Shown here one piece after another: positions 1-1,845 of a stretch of 1,845 nt of DNA (its first letter is position 1; every line of letters begins with the position of its first letter). Both the position numbers and the translations under genes were made by a program. The stretch is from assembly GCA_000004985.1 (NCBI GenBank), contig GG739317.1; one strand, given 5' to 3'. This DNA is from Naegleria gruberi (taxonomy: Eukaryota). The notes below the pieces were generated by a model. The model was not told the DNA's origin. It searched no databases and saw only the letters and a program-made list of their open reading frames with translations.

Positions 1-426
1 ACTAAAGAATGAGTTAAACACCTCTTCTCCAAGAACAATTACCTCCATACCGTTTGGTACATGCAGTATTGATGTGTTTTCCATGCAAAAATCAGAGTAT
101 TCTTTGATCATTCTTGGTGTTTCTCGAAGTAATTTATATTTTGGAATAAATTGTTTGGAAAGAGTGTTTGTGAGGTTATTTGTCTGGTTGTTAATTTGTG
201 AATACCAGATTTCATTACCAAGCAATTATTTGTGTTGCAATACTTGTTTACAATGGAATTTTGAATACCATTACAAAACACAAACAAGCTGACCTCAGCA
301 ATTTCTTTACCCTGCATAGCTAGTGCGGCTTTGTCAATCTCTTCTTGTAGTGTAGTAAATGTAAACAGTATTTTAGGGCAATTCTTAATTGCAAAAGCCA
401 ACGCACTCGTGGGAGGTAGATAAAAA

Positions 427-433
427 TATAAAT
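427..433 (+). promoter_or_regulatory. Canonical TATA box TATAAAT. It is about 320 nt upstream of ATG 753, which is far for that gene. It could serve a divergent minus-strand unit or be fortuitous.
   Basis: Exact TATAAAT at 427..433. Confidence 0.2.
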
Positions 434-608
434 CACTAGATCTTGATTTAGGCTTTGGGGTGTATTATCCTGTAACCTTCAAAAAATATTTTCTTAATTT
501 TTGGTCAATTAATGTCGCTTAATTCATATCGCCAAGGTGATAATAGCATTTCTTTGAATCCTTCAATCCCTACTTCATTTTTTGACTTGGTTGTGACAAT
601 TTTTGGAA

Positions 609-616
609 TATATTTT
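609..616 (+). promoter_or_regulatory. TATA-like element TATATTTT, about 140 nt upstream of ATG 753 and immediately 5' of the GCRE.
   Basis: Read directly. It matches TATAWAWR imperfectly. AT-rich context makes chance matches common. Confidence 0.2.
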
Positions 617-620
617 ACGT

Positions 621-629
621 ATGACTCAT
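621..629. promoter_or_regulatory. Perfect palindromic Gcn4/AP-1-type response element ATGACTCAT (GCRE), 124 nt upstream of the ATG at 753.
   Basis: Exact 9-mer ATGACTCAT read at 621..629. Its position fits a yeast UAS. A single occurrence could arise by chance, which I put at roughly 0.2 for a window of this size and composition. Confidence 0.3.
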
Positions 630-752
630 CCACACTGACCCTTTTAGCAGATAGTGTTCTTATCGAAGTTTACTGAGATAAAGTAGTGTTTCTTGAAAAC
701 AACAATTGAATAAACTAATAATAGAAAGTATGCTCAAAAAAATTGTCATACT

Positions 753-1076
753 ATGGTCGCTAAGAAGCCTCAAGATATTGACTCCTCTTCATCTGATGAA
801 GATCTCCCAGCAGTTGAAGTAGAATACCCCACAACACCAGTGAATGCAAGAAAACTTCAAGCTGCTAAGAAGCTTAGAAAGTTAAAGGCCATGTCACCTG
901 TAGCTAATAGAAATAAGCGCAAACAATCTACTTCAGTTTCATCATCTAACAGTGCCTTAGATGATGGTATTTCAACTGTTGTTTCCAGTTTGTTGCTAAT
1001 CAATTCAACTTCGTTGGATAGTTCTTCAACTGCACCCTCTTCGTCAAACAATTCGTCTTCTTCTAATTCAGGTTGA
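753..1076 (+). CDS. Hypothetical protein, N-terminal segment of 107 aa. It has a Ser/Asp/Glu cluster (SSSSDEDL), a basic NLS-like stretch (KKLRKLK...NRNKRKQ) and a Ser/Asn-rich low-complexity tail. It ends at TGA 1074..1076.
   Basis: The ATG at 753 is the first in-frame ATG after an in-frame TAA at 711..713. Its context is good (A at -3, G at +4: catactATGG) and the leader is A-rich. Codon usage is typical of yeast-type highly used codons (AGA Arg, AAG Lys, GCT, GTC, TCT). The N-terminal 60 residues look like a real nuclear or nucleolar protein. I recognise no family. Confidence 0.55.
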   Translation: MVAKKPQDIDSSSSDEDLPAVEVEYPTTPVNARKLQAAKKLRKLKAMSPVANRNKRKQSTSVSSSNSALDDGISTVVSSLLLINSTSLDSSSTAPSSSNNSSSSNSG

Positions 1077-1112
1077 GATAGTTTTGCCAGTAGTTCATCT
1101 GAACATGATATC

Positions 1113-1313
1113 ATGGCGATCAAAGCCCAAATGCAAGAAATGATTGGAGTTTTGAGAACCGTAACAGGAAATATCTCTGAACTTACTAAGAAAGTTCAGG
1201 AGAGAGAAGAAGAATCAGATGATGATTTTGTTAATCCAGAAGCTATATCTCCAGAAGTTTGGTTATTGCGTAACCGCTCCAAGTTATTTTTACACACAAT
1301 GAATTTTTTATAG
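1113..1313 (+). CDS. 66-aa ORF in the same frame as 753..1076, which ends 36 nt upstream. It is most likely the C-terminal continuation of that gene, interrupted by the single in-frame TGA, and less likely an independent small protein. It ends at TAG 1311..1313.
   Basis: 1113-753 = 360, so the two ORFs share a frame. The 12 codons between them (DSFASSSSEHDI) contain no stop. The acidic segment EREEESDDDFVNPEAISPE looks protein-like. AATAAA lies at 1324..1329, just after the TAG. Confidence 0.35.
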   Translation: MAIKAQMQEMIGVLRTVTGNISELTKKVQEREEESDDDFVNPEAISPEVWLLRNRSKLFLHTMNFL

Positions 1314-1460
1314 ATTTTGAGCAAATAAAGTCTTGAAAATAGTTGATAAGGTAGAAAACTTCTATCACCCTGTGTGTTAAGGCAACGTAGTAGCTGTATT
1401 GCAATCTAATATATTAAAGAATCTTTGGTATGCCCTGTATTAAAAATAAATAAGTATTGG
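1314..1460 (+). terminator. Probable 3' end-processing and polyadenylation region of the + strand gene. It holds AATAAA at 1324..1329, a TATATT-type efficiency-like element around 1409..1416 and AAATAAATAAG at 1443..1453.
   Basis: A canonical AATAAA hexamer sits 11 nt after the TAG. A/T-rich UA-repeat elements downstream are typical of yeast-type 3' UTRs. These are motif matches only. Confidence 0.4.
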
Positions 1461-1547
1461 ATTTTTGGAGAATCCTAGGTATATGAAAGTAAAACAACCA
1501 TATTAGAGAGTTGTTGTGATAAGAACTCTTACATGAATAAAAAAGCA

Positions 1548-1587
1548 CCTGTAAAAAATTGTAAAGTCCTGTAAAATAATTACAATT
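1548..1587 (+). repeat. Imperfect 20-bp tandem direct repeat, two copies: cctgtaaaaaattgtaaagt / cctgtaaaataattacaatt. The first 9 nt, cctgtaaaa, are identical.
   Basis: Read directly. Roughly 14 of 20 positions are identical ungapped. Related CCTGTA copies lie at 469 and 1434. Confidence 0.45.
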
Positions 1588-1709
1588 AGTGGTTTTTCAC
1601 AAGTAAAAAAAATGCCTTAACACCTACACCAGCACTAAGGCTTTAATAAATTCCAACTTGTAAATTATTTCCAAGTCCAAATTGTGTCTTTCATACGACT
1701 AAGGCATGT

Positions 1710-1727
1710 CTTGTCCACATTGACAAG
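1710..1727. repeat. Perfect inverted repeat CTTGTC-N6-GACAAG. It could be a dimeric transcription-factor site or a small hairpin.
   Basis: cttgtc at 1710..1715, spacer cacatt, gacaag at 1722..1727. The arms are exact reverse complements and do not extend further. Confidence 0.45.
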
Positions 1728-1734
1728 CACAATT

Positions 1735-1797
1735 CAACAACAATAAACAAATAAACAATAAATTATTTATTTATTAATTTTTATTAATTATTATTAT
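1735..1797. repeat. A/T-rich low-complexity tract. It has three degenerate 7-8 nt AATAAAC units (aataaac / aaataaac / aataaat) followed by TATT and ATTATT repeats. This is typical poly(dA:dT) intergenic or promoter sequence.
   Basis: Read directly: caataaacaaataaacaataaattatttatttattaatttttattaattattattat. Confidence 0.6.
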
Positions 1798-1845
1798 CGG
1801 GTGATGAAAATCTAGGCAGGCAGGAAGGTTTAATTGATGGCCTTA

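Noticed and set aside
132-142. Exact match to the 11-bp ARS consensus WTTTAYRTTTW (ATTTATATTTT)
   Set aside because: Such matches are expected many times by chance in 70% A/T DNA. There are no accompanying B elements, and I cannot evaluate further. It is not reportable as an origin.
74-292. 72-aa + strand ORF starting at GTG (MFSMQKSEY…)
   Set aside because: The start is a bacterial-style GTG in sequence that otherwise looks eukaryotic. The translation is Cys/Trp/Phe-rich and not protein-like. It may be part of a longer open frame running in from the 5' edge. It is discussed as a finding and not called as a CDS.
108-401. 97-aa minus-strand ORF starting at TTG (MAFAIKNCPK…)
   Set aside because: It has no ATG start and no recognisable intron signals to supply one. 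The C-terminal half is low-complexity. A part of it is protein-like, so it is flagged as a possible relic or exon in the findings but not annotated as a gene.
690-697. TTCttGAA, a two-unit heat-shock-element-like motif
   Set aside because: Only two alternating nGAAn units are present. Functional HSEs need at least three. It is common by chance.
1074-1076. In-frame TGA as selenocysteine or as a sense codon of an alternative genetic code
   Set aside because: The 3' UTR is A/T-rich simple sequence with no plausible SECIS stem-loop, and fungi are not known to make selenoproteins. The window's long non-coding stretches and nuclear-type signals argue against Mycoplasma or mitochondrial code 4. Absence of TAA/TAG Gln codons argues against ciliate codes.
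857-1123. 88-aa minus-strand ORF (acidic, coiled-coil-like) as an independent CDS
   Set aside because: It lies entirely antisense to the better-supported + strand gene. It uses codons rare for yeast-type genomes (CTA, CTG). It has no flanking promoter or poly(A) signals of its own. It is explained by the purine/pyrimidine-biased composition of the + strand Ser-rich region. It is kept only as a finding.
1345-1523. GATAAG (GATA-factor/UAS-NTR) motifs at 1345..1350 and 1518..1523, and CTTATC at 659..664
   Set aside because: Three copies are seen against about 1.3 expected for this composition. That is not significant enough to call nitrogen regulation.
1820-1838. AGGAAGG 8 nt upstream of ATG 1836, resembling a bacterial Shine-Dalgarno and start
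   Set aside because: The rest of the window is eukaryote-like. Only three codons of the frame are visible before the window ends. A purine-rich run is insufficient evidence.
1-1845. tRNA genes, rRNA, CRISPR arrays, transposon or insertion-sequence terminal inverted repeats, integrase or recombinase genes
   Set aside because: I searched by eye for T-loop GTTCGA motifs, regularly spaced direct repeats, long terminal inverted repeats and long ORFs with enzyme-like composition. None were found.

Overview
This is an AT-rich window, roughly 30% GC in the non-coding parts and about 40% GC in the one convincing coding stretch. It reads like nuclear DNA from a yeast-type lower eukaryote and does not look prokaryotic. 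The single convincing gene sits on the + strand. It starts at ATG 753 with an adenine-rich leader and a good Kozak-like context, and it shows a canonical AATAAA polyadenylation hexamer 11 nt after its last stop. Its codon usage favours AGA, AAG, GCT, GTC and TCT. The protein has a serine/acidic cluster, a basic NLS-like run and a Ser/Asn-rich low-complexity region.

That reading frame is interrupted by one in-frame TGA at 1074..1076. The two listed ORFs (753..1076 and 1113..1313) are therefore one continuous 187-codon frame split by a single stop. A long ORF on the opposite strand (857..1123) overlaps it, and I interpret that as a compositional shadow of the + strand gene.

The first ~460 nt contain unusually long stop-free stretches on both strands without a usable ATG. 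This may be a gene relic or a fragment. I cannot assign it.

The flanks carry candidate regulatory sequence. There is a perfect Gcn4-type palindrome ATGACTCAT 124 nt upstream of the ATG, with TATA-like boxes nearby. A small upstream ORF overlaps the main start. A CCTGTA-containing motif recurs, including a 20-bp tandem pair. A short perfect inverted repeat and an A/T microsatellite-like tract precede an ATG at the 3' window edge.

I see no CRISPR array, no tRNA or rRNA, no transposon termini and no operon-like gene cluster. I find no evidence of a prokaryotic defence or mobile system here. The most unusual item is the TGA-split gene.
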